The notes beneath the pieces are model-generated. The model did no database searches. It was given only the letters and a program-made list of their open reading frames with translations, and was not told where the DNA came from. This document shows positions 1-6,915 of a stretch of DNA of 43,465 nt, piece after piece. Source of the stretch: a virus; IMG/VR virus record IMGVR_UViG_3300045988_114701, positions 1 to 43,465 of that record; one strand, 5' to 3'. Position 1 is the first letter of the stretch. Each line of letters starts with the position of its first letter. A program made the translations under genes and the position numbers.

Positions 1-55
1 ATCATCACGGCGCTGTCTGCCGCCGGGTATCTGGGTATCGACATTGACAAGGCGG
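1..55. repeat. 55-bp terminal overlap, copy 1 (identical to 43411..43465)
   Basis: ATCATCACGGCGCTGTCTGCCGCCGGGTATCTGGGTATCGACATTGACAAGGCGG is read at both ends, 55/55 identical. Confidence 0.97.
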
Positions 56-108
56 TGCGGGAGAAGATGGAGATTAACCGAGGACGTGAATGGAGGCACG
101 GAAAATGA
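1..108 (+). CDS. MazG-like NTP pyrophosphohydrolase, 3-prime end of the junction-spanning gene that starts at 43150
   Basis: Frame 1 reads IITALSAAGYLGIDIDKAVREKMEINRGREWRHGK-stop (TGA 106-108), in phase with ATG 43150 once the 55-bp overlap is merged. EELADVII..GIDIDKAV..KM..N..R resembles the C-terminal helix of MazG/all-alpha NTP-PPases. Confidence 0.7.
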   Translation: MITALSAAGYLGIDIDKAVREKMEINRGREWRHGK

Positions 109-293
109 CAGCAGAAGAAAGAATACGCATGATTGCGCTGGAAGTACAGGCACTTGAGGAGACAATCGAACACTATAAGCCATTTTATGTCCGCAAAGCC
201 TATGCGAAGGAAGGTATCAAGTGCAGTGTGAAACAGGTTAGAGCGCATCTTCTGGCGTTGGTGGATGATTTGGACGCGATGGAGGATAACTAA
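105..293 (+). CDS. Hypothetical small protein (62 aa)
   Basis: ORF track 90..293. ATG 105 is preferred: GGAGG at 92-96 and an ATGA overlap with the upstream stop at 106-108. Confidence 0.6.
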   Translation: MTAEERIRMIALEVQALEETIEHYKPFYVRKAYAKEGIKCSVKQVRAHLLALVDDLDAMEDN

Positions 294-1820
294 ATGACGC
301 TGGGCAGCCTGTTTGACGGCTCTGGCACTTGCCCGCTGGCGGCAACGATGTGCGGCATTAAGCCTGTCTGGGCAAGCGAGATCGAGTCGTACCCCATCCG
401 CGTAACGCGGAAGAACTTCCCCGAGATGCAGCATCTCGGGGACATCACGCAGATCAACGGCGCGGCGATCGAGCCGGTGGATATCGTTGCATTCGGCTCG
501 CCTTGTCAGGGCTTGAGCGCTGCCGGAGCGCAAAAAGGCATATTCGACGACGACCGAAGCAATCTGTTTTTTGAGGCAATCCGAGTAATCAAAGAAATGA
601 GGGTCGCTACACATGGGAAATACCCACGCTATGTCATCTGGGAAAACGTGCCGGGAGCGTTTTCAAGCAATAAGGGACGAGACTTTCTCGCCGTCCTGCG
701 GGCGTTTGCAGAAGCCGCAGGCGGAAAAACGTCTGATGTACCTGAACCTCCAGCAAAAGCCGGAAAGCTCAAATGGGGGGGTGCAGGAATCATCGTGGGA
801 GACGGTTACTCAATTGCATGGAGAGTCTTGGACGCCAAATACTGGGGAGTCCCCCAGCGTCGTAAGAGAATCTACCTTGTCTGCGATTTTGCAGGACGAC
901 GCGCCGGAGAAATACTCTTTAAGCGCGAGGGCCTGCGAAGGGATTTTGCGCAGAGCAGAAAAGCGCGGAAAGAAACTGCCGCCGATGCTGTGGGAAGCAC
1001 TGGTGGAAGCGGTGGAGCTGGGCGCGTAAATGATGGGATGTCGTATCATTTATTTGAGCCAAGATCGGCACTTGATGAGAACTGGGCTGAAACTGACGTG
1101 AAAAATGCACTTCGCGCAAACGCGAGCAAATCATCGCATATCGTTTGCTACGCGCTTCAAGGCAACGGAATCGACCGCGCAGACACAGCAGGATGCAATG
1201 GCAAAGGCTGGCGCGAAGACGTATGCTACACGTTAAACACGGTTGACCGTCCGGCGATTGCGTACTCGGCTGACTGCCGCAACATGCGGCTGAACGAGGA
1301 AATCAGCGGAACACTGCAAGCCAAGGGAAACGGCGGGTACAGCCTGAACTACCAAAATCCGGTTATATATCAAAACCCAAAGCGCGGCGAGTACGTGAAA
1401 AGCGAAGTCGGGTCAACGCTACTTGCGCACTTAGCCGTCGAGCCAAGGGATATTGTTGTTTACGACGCACGGGGTAACGGCGACGGACAGATTGTGCCGA
1501 CGTTGACCGGAGATCATGAAAGTCGTGTGACGGATTATACGGCACTGGCTATCGGAAATGGTCAGCTCGATCAGATTTATATGTCCGATACGGCAGGAAC
1601 ACTAAATTGTATGCACGACCAACAGGCGGTATTGCTTAAAAGACTATGGCGGTATATCGTCCGCCGGCTTACGCCGCTTGAATGTTGCCGACTGCAAGGC
1701 TTCCCAGATTGGTGGGAGGACGGTGTGTCGGGAAGCGACAGCGCGAGATACAAGATGTGGGGTAACGGCATGGCGTTGCCGTGTGTACTGTATGTGATGG
1801 AGGGAATAACGGATGGCTAA
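294..1820 (+). CDS. dcm: DNA (cytosine-5)-methyltransferase with an unusually long variable region
   Basis: Motif I LFDGSGT, IV GSPCQGLS, VI ENVPG, VIII QRRKRIYLV, IX RRLTPLECCRLQGFP, X GNGMALP. About 257 aa lie between motifs VIII and IX. Confidence 0.93.
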   Translation: MTLGSLFDGSGTCPLAATMCGIKPVWASEIESYPIRVTRKNFPEMQHLGDITQINGAAIEPVDIVAFGSPCQGLSAAGAQKGIFDDDRSNLFFEAIRVIKEMRVATHGKYPRYVIWENVPGAFSSNKGRDFLAVLRAFAEAAGGKTSDVPEPPAKAGKLKWGGAGIIVGDGYSIAWRVLDAKYWGVPQRRKRIYLVCDFAGRRAGEILFKREGLRRDFAQSRKARKETAADAVGSTGGSGGAGRVNDGMSYHLFEPRSALDENWAETDVKNALRANASKSSHIVCYALQGNGIDRADTAGCNGKGWREDVCYTLNTVDRPAIAYSADCRNMRLNEEISGTLQAKGNGGYSLNYQNPVIYQNPKRGEYVKSEVGSTLLAHLAVEPRDIVVYDARGNGDGQIVPTLTGDHESRVTDYTALAIGNGQLDQIYMSDTAGTLNCMHDQQAVLLKRLWRYIVRRLTPLECCRLQGFPDWWEDGVSGSDSARYKMWGNGMALPCVLYVMEGITDG

Positions 1821-2229
1821 ACTTGACACGCTGCCGAAATTCAGCGAGCTTGAGAATAATCGGCTGCTGATTGTTTATACGGGCACATCTCCAGAGGATT
1901 TCTATTGTGACGACGTGGAAATCATCACGAAAGAAGAGCTTTTAGGCGAACTTCGCGCGAACAAACTAAACATACAAGAGATCGAGGTCTATCTGGTAGA
2001 GAAGGAAATCGTCTCGGAATTTTCGGAAGACGATCTCCGGGAAATGATCGAAAACGTGATGGAGCGCGATGAACAGCACAAAAACTGGTGCAGTGACATG
2101 ATGTTTCTGATTCACGATTCGCCAGAGACGAAAGCCTTTTTGCAATATCTCAACGGGTGTGCTGAGAAAGAGACAACCTACCTTGAGGGCGAACAGGTTG
2201 AAATGGATTGGGGAGGAAATGACCGATGA
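1813..2229 (+). CDS. Hypothetical acidic protein (138 aa)
   Basis: ORF track. ATG 1813 overlaps the dcm stop by 8 nt, and the stop forms an ATGA overlap with the next gene at 2226-2229. Confidence 0.6.
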   Translation: MAKLDTLPKFSELENNRLLIVYTGTSPEDFYCDDVEIITKEELLGELRANKLNIQEIEVYLVEKEIVSEFSEDDLREMIENVMERDEQHKNWCSDMMFLIHDSPETKAFLQYLNGCAEKETTYLEGEQVEMDWGGNDR

Positions 2230-2720
2230 AATGCAAATGGTATTTCGAGCGTGATTATGCCTGCGCCAATAGCAAGTGTCCGTATGGCGGTGACACATGC
2301 CCGACGAGCGAACACCCGGAGGTGTGCAAGTACGCGGAAGAAAAGCCGAAGCCGGAGCTGAACGCCGAGGAACTGGTGACCGCGCTGAGGCTTTGCGCGG
2401 GGGCGACGTGCGAGGGTTGCCCTTGCATGTGTAACGAGGAATTAGTCGGCTGCAACAACTATGTAAAGCGGAAAGCCGCCGACATGCTGGAGAAGCTGGC
2501 GGCGGAGAAGAGGAATGAGCACAAAATAAAAACGCCATACGCCAGAATCTACGTGAGCGGCACACCCGAAAAGCCATACTACGGCATTACATATTTTGAC
2601 CTGACAGACGGAGAAATGCACAGTGGGTTTGGCTCGTATTCGCTTGATTTTGTGTTTAAGTGGTTTGCGGAAGAATTCGACGTTGCAAAGCCCGAGCCGC
2701 CGAAGGAGGAAGAACGATGA
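2226..2720 (+). CDS. Cys-rich protein (164 aa) carrying copy 1 of a C..C..CP[CY] module
   Basis: ORF track. The N-terminus is CKWYFERDYACANSKCPYGGDTCP. The central segment AEELVTALRLCAGATCEGCPCMCNEELVGCNNYVKRKAADMLEKLAAE aligns with ORFs 2997 and 3581. Confidence 0.65.
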   Translation: MKCKWYFERDYACANSKCPYGGDTCPTSEHPEVCKYAEEKPKPELNAEELVTALRLCAGATCEGCPCMCNEELVGCNNYVKRKAADMLEKLAAEKRNEHKIKTPYARIYVSGTPEKPYYGITYFDLTDGEMHSGFGSYSLDFVFKWFAEEFDVAKPEPPKEEER

Positions 2721-2911
2721 GCACCACAGAGGAGCGTATGCTTGAATGGTTAAATGAGAACATTGGCTCTCTTACTAGATACCGGGCAAACCCGATGAAC
2801 GCCAAACGAACCGCCGTCTATGACGAGTGGATTGAGCAGCAACGAACGGCGATTTCGGCAATTGAAACTTGCCGTCAACTTAAAAAATCCTTGTTTGGCA
2901 GGAAAATATGA
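2717..2911 (+). CDS. Hypothetical protein (64 aa)
   Basis: ORF track 2660..2911. ATG 2717 is preferred because it forms an ATGA overlap with the upstream stop at 2718-2720; GGAGG at 2705-2709. Confidence 0.6.
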   Translation: MSTTEERMLEWLNENIGSLTRYRANPMNAKRTAVYDEWIEQQRTAISAIETCRQLKKSLFGRKI

Positions 2912-3000
2912 CAAATGACGAGCTTGTGAGAACGGTTTTGCAACTTAAATCTGGGAGATGCGAAGATCGAGGCGGAGCGGAAAAGGAGGATGAACGATGA
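2908..3000 (+). CDS. Possible 30-aa micro-ORF (MTNDELVRTVLQLKSGRCEDRGGAEKEDER)
   Basis: Hand-translated; it is below the ORF-track length cut-off. It fills the gap between two genes exactly, with an ATGA overlap at both ends (2908-2911 and 2997-3000). Confidence 0.3.
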   Translation: MTNDELVRTVLQLKSGRCEDRGGAEKEDER

Positions 3001-3179
3001 AAACGCCTGATGAGATCAAAAAAGCCGTGAGCATGTGCATTTTAAGTGAGTACTGCGAGGCTTGCCCATATCACGAGGACGTGAGTTGTAGCATAATGCT
3101 GATGCTTGACGTTTTCGCCTGCATCGAAGCGTTTGAAGCAAAAACAAGCGATAGAAATCAAGTTGAGCATTTGCCATAA
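2997..3179 (+). CDS. Cys-rich small protein (60 aa), copy 2 of the C..C..CPY module
   Basis: MKTPDEIKKAVSMCILSEYCEACPYHEDVSCSIMLMLDVFACIEAFEAK; AGGAGG at 2985-2990 upstream of ATG 2997. Confidence 0.55.
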   Translation: MKTPDEIKKAVSMCILSEYCEACPYHEDVSCSIMLMLDVFACIEAFEAKTSDRNQVEHLP

Positions 3180-3268
3180 ATAAAGTTTGACTTGGTTCTG
3201 AAAATCACGATTTTTCACAATATTTTTAAGTCAAGAGCAATCGCAAAGAGATAGAAAGGTAATTTTTT

Positions 3269-3754
3269 ATGGAGAACAGAGCAATCAAAATCGTTCGCAA
3301 TTACATCATCGAGCATCTGGATAAGTCTGATCCTCAGCCGGAATTTGACGTGTTCGTGGTTTGGAAGTGCAAAGCACTGCAAAACTGGAAGTTCCTGATT
3401 TCTTCCACGCTGTTTGACGGCATGTATTACGAGCTGACCTACAACGGCGACAAGAGCGAGTGGTATCTTGATGCGTACAAAAAGTTCGAGAACCGCCGTA
3501 TCGTTGATCCCCACGATGGGCGTTTAATAGGTGCTACATACCCGACTGCTGGCGGCAGAAAAAGAAACGGAGGAAAAACGATGAAAGCAACAGCTGACGA
3601 GCTGAAGCGTTTCGCCCAAATTTGCACGAATGGTATTTGTGGCGAGCGATGCCCGTACTACGAGTATGAGAATTGCGTCGAAACCATGATGATTGACGCG
3701 CTTGCTTACATCGAGCAGCTTGAAGCGGAAAGAGAGGGAAAGAGCCATGAGTGA
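3269..3754 (+). CDS. Two-part protein (161 aa): conserved phage N-domain fused in frame to copy 3 of the C..C..CPY module
   Basis: ORF track. The N-part (..VVWKCKALQNWKFLISSTLFDGMYYELTYNGDKSEWYLDAYKKFEN) resembles a phage family I recall as a DUF. An internal GGAGG (3569-3573) plus ATG 3581 precedes MKATADELKRFAQICTNGICGERCPYYEYENC..YIEQLEAE. Confidence 0.7.
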   Translation: MENRAIKIVRNYIIEHLDKSDPQPEFDVFVVWKCKALQNWKFLISSTLFDGMYYELTYNGDKSEWYLDAYKKFENRRIVDPHDGRLIGATYPTAGGRKRNGGKTMKATADELKRFAQICTNGICGERCPYYEYENCVETMMIDALAYIEQLEAEREGKSHE

Positions 3755-4217
3755 AACGCCTAAATGCCCATATTGCGGAGACGGGATGAAAATCCGCGTC
3801 TCTCTGACTGCACCCGATTGGGGGCTTTTATCTGCGCAGTATAAGTGCATGACGTGTGAGAGCACATCGCCGCGCATAGAGTTTTCCGGCGGCACGTCGA
3901 ACGAAAAAATTATAGAACGGCTGCAAGCTGCGGCGTCGCGTCGCGCAGAGCCGAAGAATCGCGTGCTGACGCTGGAAGAGCTGGACGCATATTGCGAAGG
4001 CGGCGCTGATGCTGCGCCGCTATGGGTGGAGTTTGACGGAGGCATAAACGGATGGGTACTGATTACGCCAGTTAGAGAGACCTGTAAAATGGATTTTGTG
4101 AGCAAGTATCTTGCGATGATGGGGATTTTGTACGAAAAAGAATGGCGCTGCTGGCTGCGCAAGCCGACGGACGCGGAAATGAGGGAAACGCCGTGGGCAG
4201 GTGATAGCCGTGAATGA
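3747..4217 (+). CDS. Zinc-ribbon protein, possibly Lar-like restriction alleviation family (156 aa)
   Basis: ATG 3747 overlaps the upstream stop (ATGAGTGA). The N-terminus MSETPKCPYCGDG..(x26)..YKCMTCESTSP has a CPxCG...CxxC ribbon like Lar-type proteins. Confidence 0.45.
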   Translation: MSETPKCPYCGDGMKIRVSLTAPDWGLLSAQYKCMTCESTSPRIEFSGGTSNEKIIERLQAAASRRAEPKNRVLTLEELDAYCEGGADAAPLWVEFDGGINGWVLITPVRETCKMDFVSKYLAMMGILYEKEWRCWLRKPTDAEMRETPWAGDSRE

Positions 4218-4413
4218 CGCGCCATGCCGCGACTGCGTGAGCCGCGAGGTCGGCTGTCACGCGGGATGCGAGAGATACAAGGCATATGCCGAGCGGCGCG
4301 AAAGAGTGCGGCAGAATCGGCAGGACTTTATCATCGAGAGGACGGGCGAAAAACGCCGCCATCAGCGGTGGCTGGATTATGAGAAGCGCAAGAGCAAGGG
4401 AGGGGCGACATGA
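4201..4413 (+). CDS. Small Cys-rich basic protein (about 70 aa; start GTG 4201 or 4210)
   Basis: ORF track; CRDCVSREVGCHAGCERYKAY 4-Cys motif. The stop forms an ATGA overlap with the next gene (4410-4413). Confidence 0.55.
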   Translation: MIAVNDAPCRDCVSREVGCHAGCERYKAYAERRERVRQNRQDFIIERTGEKRRHQRWLDYEKRKSKGGAT

Positions 4414-4982
4414 GGATTTTGGCGATAGACCCCGGAACGACGCAGAGCGCGTATGCGCTGCTCAGCGATGAGTATCAAGTGCTGTCGGCGGACAAAGTCG
4501 AAAACGGCATAATGATGGACATCATCGCGTCAACTCCGGGAATCGACGCGGTCATCATCGAGGACATGGAGCCGCGATATCCGCGAAACGGAAAGGACAG
4601 CAGCGCGGCGGGCGCAATCGTCGGGGCAAGCACATACACCACGCTCAAGTGGATGGGCAAATTTGACCTGACGGCACAGGTGCGGGGCATTGCCGTACGC
4701 TGGATTTACAGGCGGGACGAGCGGGCGGCACTCATCCGCAAAAAGGAGCTTCCGGCGGACGCGCCGAAGCACGCAGACGGTCAGATTCGCGCCGCGCTGA
4801 TTGCGAGGTTTTCGGTTCATGACAAGGTCAATGGCAAGGGAACGAAAGCAAAACCGGACACGTTTTACGGCGTGTCCGGCGATATGTGGCAGGCGATTGC
4901 GGTAGGGGTGACGTGGCTTGACAAGCAGAGGACGGGAGGCGGCGACGGATGCGGATCGAAAAGAAGGACGCGCAGGCGTTGA
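4410..4982 (+). CDS. RuvC-like Holliday junction resolvase
   Basis: MRILAIDPGTTQSAYALL (catalytic Asp in an RNase H-fold first strand) and ..AVIIEDMEP acidic motif; GGGAGGGG RBS at 4398-4405. Confidence 0.75.
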   Translation: MRILAIDPGTTQSAYALLSDEYQVLSADKVENGIMMDIIASTPGIDAVIIEDMEPRYPRNGKDSSAAGAIVGASTYTTLKWMGKFDLTAQVRGIAVRWIYRRDERAALIRKKELPADAPKHADGQIRAALIARFSVHDKVNGKGTKAKPDTFYGVSGDMWQAIAVGVTWLDKQRTGGGDGCGSKRRTRRR

Positions 4983-5383
4983 TTGACTGCGGCTTTGCGG
5001 CGTACGATTACAAAACAGAGCTAGAACTGTACGACAACCGCGACGCCAAGGGGAGCGGATTTGACGGCATGCCCAAGCGGAGAGGGGCGGCGCGAGGACT
5101 TGACGATGAGCTTGTCCGCGAGCAGAACGCGAAAAAAAAGCTGTATGAAAAGCATACGGCTTTTTTGCGTGCCCAGCGGCGGGCGATGAAAGCACTGGAT
5201 GCAATCGTCGCGGGGCAGCCTCAGCAGGGCGAGTATATCATGGGCTTGCGGTCGTTTCTGAAGCTGTTTTATGTAGACGGCATGCCGATGAAGGCGGCGT
5301 GGAGGGAGGCGGGCATTGCGGAGCGGACGGCGCGGAGATACAAGGCGCAGGTCGTCAGGGCGGCGAAGGGCAAGAGGGCGTGA
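4949..5383 (+). CDS. Putative phage transcriptional regulator with a C-terminal sigma-70 region-4-like HTH (late activator candidate)
   Basis: ORF track. The C-terminus is ..GMPMKAAWREAGIAERTARRYKAQVV. At 144 aa it is the last gene of the early operon, resembling ArpU/RinA-type regulators in size and position. Confidence 0.45.
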   Translation: MRIEKKDAQALIDCGFAAYDYKTELELYDNRDAKGSGFDGMPKRRGAARGLDDELVREQNAKKKLYEKHTAFLRAQRRAMKALDAIVAGQPQQGEYIMGLRSFLKLFYVDGMPMKAAWREAGIAERTARRYKAQVVRAAKGKRA

Positions 5384-5397
5384 TTCAGCGCGCAAAA

Positions 5398-5425
5398 AAG
5401 GCTTGTACAAAGATGTACAAGCCTT
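5398..5425. terminator. Bidirectional intrinsic terminator between convergent operons
   Basis: Perfect 12-bp stem AAGGCTTGTACA / TGTACAAGCCTT with an AAGA loop. An A6 run upstream gives a U-run for the minus-strand transcript; TTGAATTT lies downstream. Confidence 0.75.
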
Positions 5426-5467
5426 GAATTTACTCCTTGTTTCCGTCGGGCAACTCTTTGAGACCCA

Positions 5468-5704
5468 TCATTCCGCTCTCACCTCCTCGATCTCAGGCTC
5501 GCAGTCATGGCTGCCCAAAGCGTCGCACAACACGACGTCTTTGTTGCCGCAGCCGCGACCGCAAGGGCAGGTGACAAACTTTGCCACAATCTGCCCCTCG
5601 CGAACAAGGGACACTGGCACAGTCGTGCCGTCGCCACAAAAACCGGAACCCTCGGGTTCGCCCCAAACGAGCGAATACCCCTTTTTCAGTGTCATATTAT
5701 TCAT
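5468..5704 (-). CDS. Hypothetical Cys-rich protein (78 aa), third gene of the accessory cassette
   Basis: ORF track 5468..5758. The internal ATG at 5704 is preferred: GGAGG at 5715-5719 on the minus strand, 10 nt upstream of it. Contains ..FVTCPCGRGCGNKDVVLCD..HDCEPE. Confidence 0.6.
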   Translation of the reverse strand: MNNMTLKKGYSLVWGEPEGSGFCGDGTTVPVSLVREGQIVAKFVTCPCGRGCGNKDVVLCDALGSHDCEPEIEEVRAE

Positions 5705-5729
5705 GATTTTTTTCCTCCTATGCGAATGT

Positions 5730-6248
5730 TTACTTGTTATGTCTGGCATAGTATCCATATTCGTCGCCGATGGGGAAGCGTCCGCCTGTTATCCACCAAG
5801 TTTTGACCGACAGCGAAACGGTTTTGCGCTCGCCGTTGTCGGGATAGGACAGCTTGACGGTATGGAGAGCGGACATCTGGGACACGGCATCAGCTAGGAT
5901 GCCGTCCGTGCTCTGCCCCGGCGTGAAATCCCACACAAGCGTCGGCGTAATGATATAGCAATAATTACCTTTGCCGTCCGTCGTCTGGTGACCTTTGCGG
6001 ATCAGCGCGTTGAGAGCGTCGCGGGAGATGCCGAGATCGTCAGGGATATCGACAGCCACGCAAAACATGATGATGTCATGCTCGTGTTCAACGCGGTTGA
6101 GAGCAGGGGGGCGTTCGGAGCGGTTAAGTCCGCCGAAAAAAGCCGAGATCGCATATTTGTCGGGCAACTGAGGCGGGGCAAAGCTCTTTGCGCAATACGG
6201 GGCGCAGGAGTGAAGAGCCATGTTGAATACATATTCCATCAAAGTCAT
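5730..6248 (-). CDS. Hypothetical protein (172 aa; start 6248 or 6239), second gene of the cassette
   Basis: ORF track; an AAAGGA RBS region lies just upstream. I recognise no family. Confidence 0.65.
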   Translation of the reverse strand: MTLMEYVFNMALHSCAPYCAKSFAPPQLPDKYAISAFFGGLNRSERPPALNRVEHEHDIIMFCVAVDIPDDLGISRDALNALIRKGHQTTDGKGNYCYIITPTLVWDFTPGQSTDGILADAVSQMSALHTVKLSYPDNGERKTVSLSVKTWWITGGRFPIGDEYGYYARHNK

Positions 6249-6290
6249 TCCTTTCTTTCCCCTAACACGGGGGACGCTGATATTATAGTA

Positions 6291-6689
6291 TCACAATGTG
6301 CCAAGCATTGCGACACTTATACGGGTCACGCGGTCACAAGCCTGACAGAGTGCGCGCGCTTGGGTATCAAGCCACTCTTCGCGGCTGTTGGGTCTGCGCT
6401 CGCCGTTGCGGGACTTGCGCAACTCAGACGGGGAGCAGAGACGCTCGGCGATGTCCTTGTTATAGATCAAGGATGAGCCGCCCCAGCTGTACGCCGCCCA
6501 GTCTTTCGCGCCGTTGAGCATCCACGCCCGGCACTCGCTGCCCGTCTGGGGGTCGCGCCCCTCATAAGAGGCGTAAGTCTCCAGCTGCTCCACCAGCTCG
6601 AGCGCGTATTGCGTCACGCCGCGATCCCACGCGCTACGGTCTTTGCGGGCTTCCAGCGCTTCGCGGATGCTGTCATAAGTGGTCTTCAT
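6291..6689 (-). CDS. Hypothetical protein (132 aa), first gene of the cassette
   Basis: ORF track; RBS AAAGGAAC 8 nt before the ATG. The segment NGAKDWAAYSWGGSSLIYNKDIAERLCSPSELRKSRNGERRPNSREEWLDTQARAL looks like a conserved mobile-element domain, but I cannot name it. Confidence 0.7.
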   Translation of the reverse strand: MKTTYDSIREALEARKDRSAWDRGVTQYALELVEQLETYASYEGRDPQTGSECRAWMLNGAKDWAAYSWGGSSLIYNKDIAERLCSPSELRKSRNGERRPNSREEWLDTQARALCQACDRVTRISVAMLGTL

Positions 6690-6760
6690 AATATCGTTCC
6701 TTTCTGCCCCTCTTGGGGGGCGGTCGCGGTTGTCTGGGCTGTTGCCCTTGTGATGGCTAT

Positions 6761-6789
6761 AGTATATCCGTAGACGGATAGAAACGCAA
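6761..6789 (-). promoter_or_regulatory. Sigma-70-type promoter for the minus-strand cassette
   Basis: Minus strand reads TTGCGT (6789-6784), a 17-nt spacer, then TATACT (6766-6761). The spacer contains the palindrome TATCCGT-CT-ACGGATA. Confidence 0.55.
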
Positions 6790-6863
6790 TACCGGAATAT
6801 TTCACAAATATAAATCTACGGATATGCGGAACAGTTGTGCAACTTGTATATATTGACGGATAT
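6765..6863. promoter_or_regulatory. Operator array: three sites built on ACGGATA(T)
   Basis: Perfect inverted repeat TATCCGT-AG-ACGGATA at 6765-6780, ACGGATAT at 6818-6825, and ACGGATAT at 6856-6863 overlapping the -35 of the plus-strand promoter. Confidence 0.5.
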
Positions 6864-6881
6864 TGTCCAATATGATATGAT
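6853..6881 (+). promoter_or_regulatory. Sigma-70-type promoter for the RHH gene
   Basis: TTGACG (6853-6858), a 17-nt spacer, then TATGAT (6876-6881), inside the run TATGATATGATATGAT. Confidence 0.55.
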
Positions 6882-6915
6882 ATGATTATCACAAGACAAG
6901 AGAGGAGCGGGAAAC

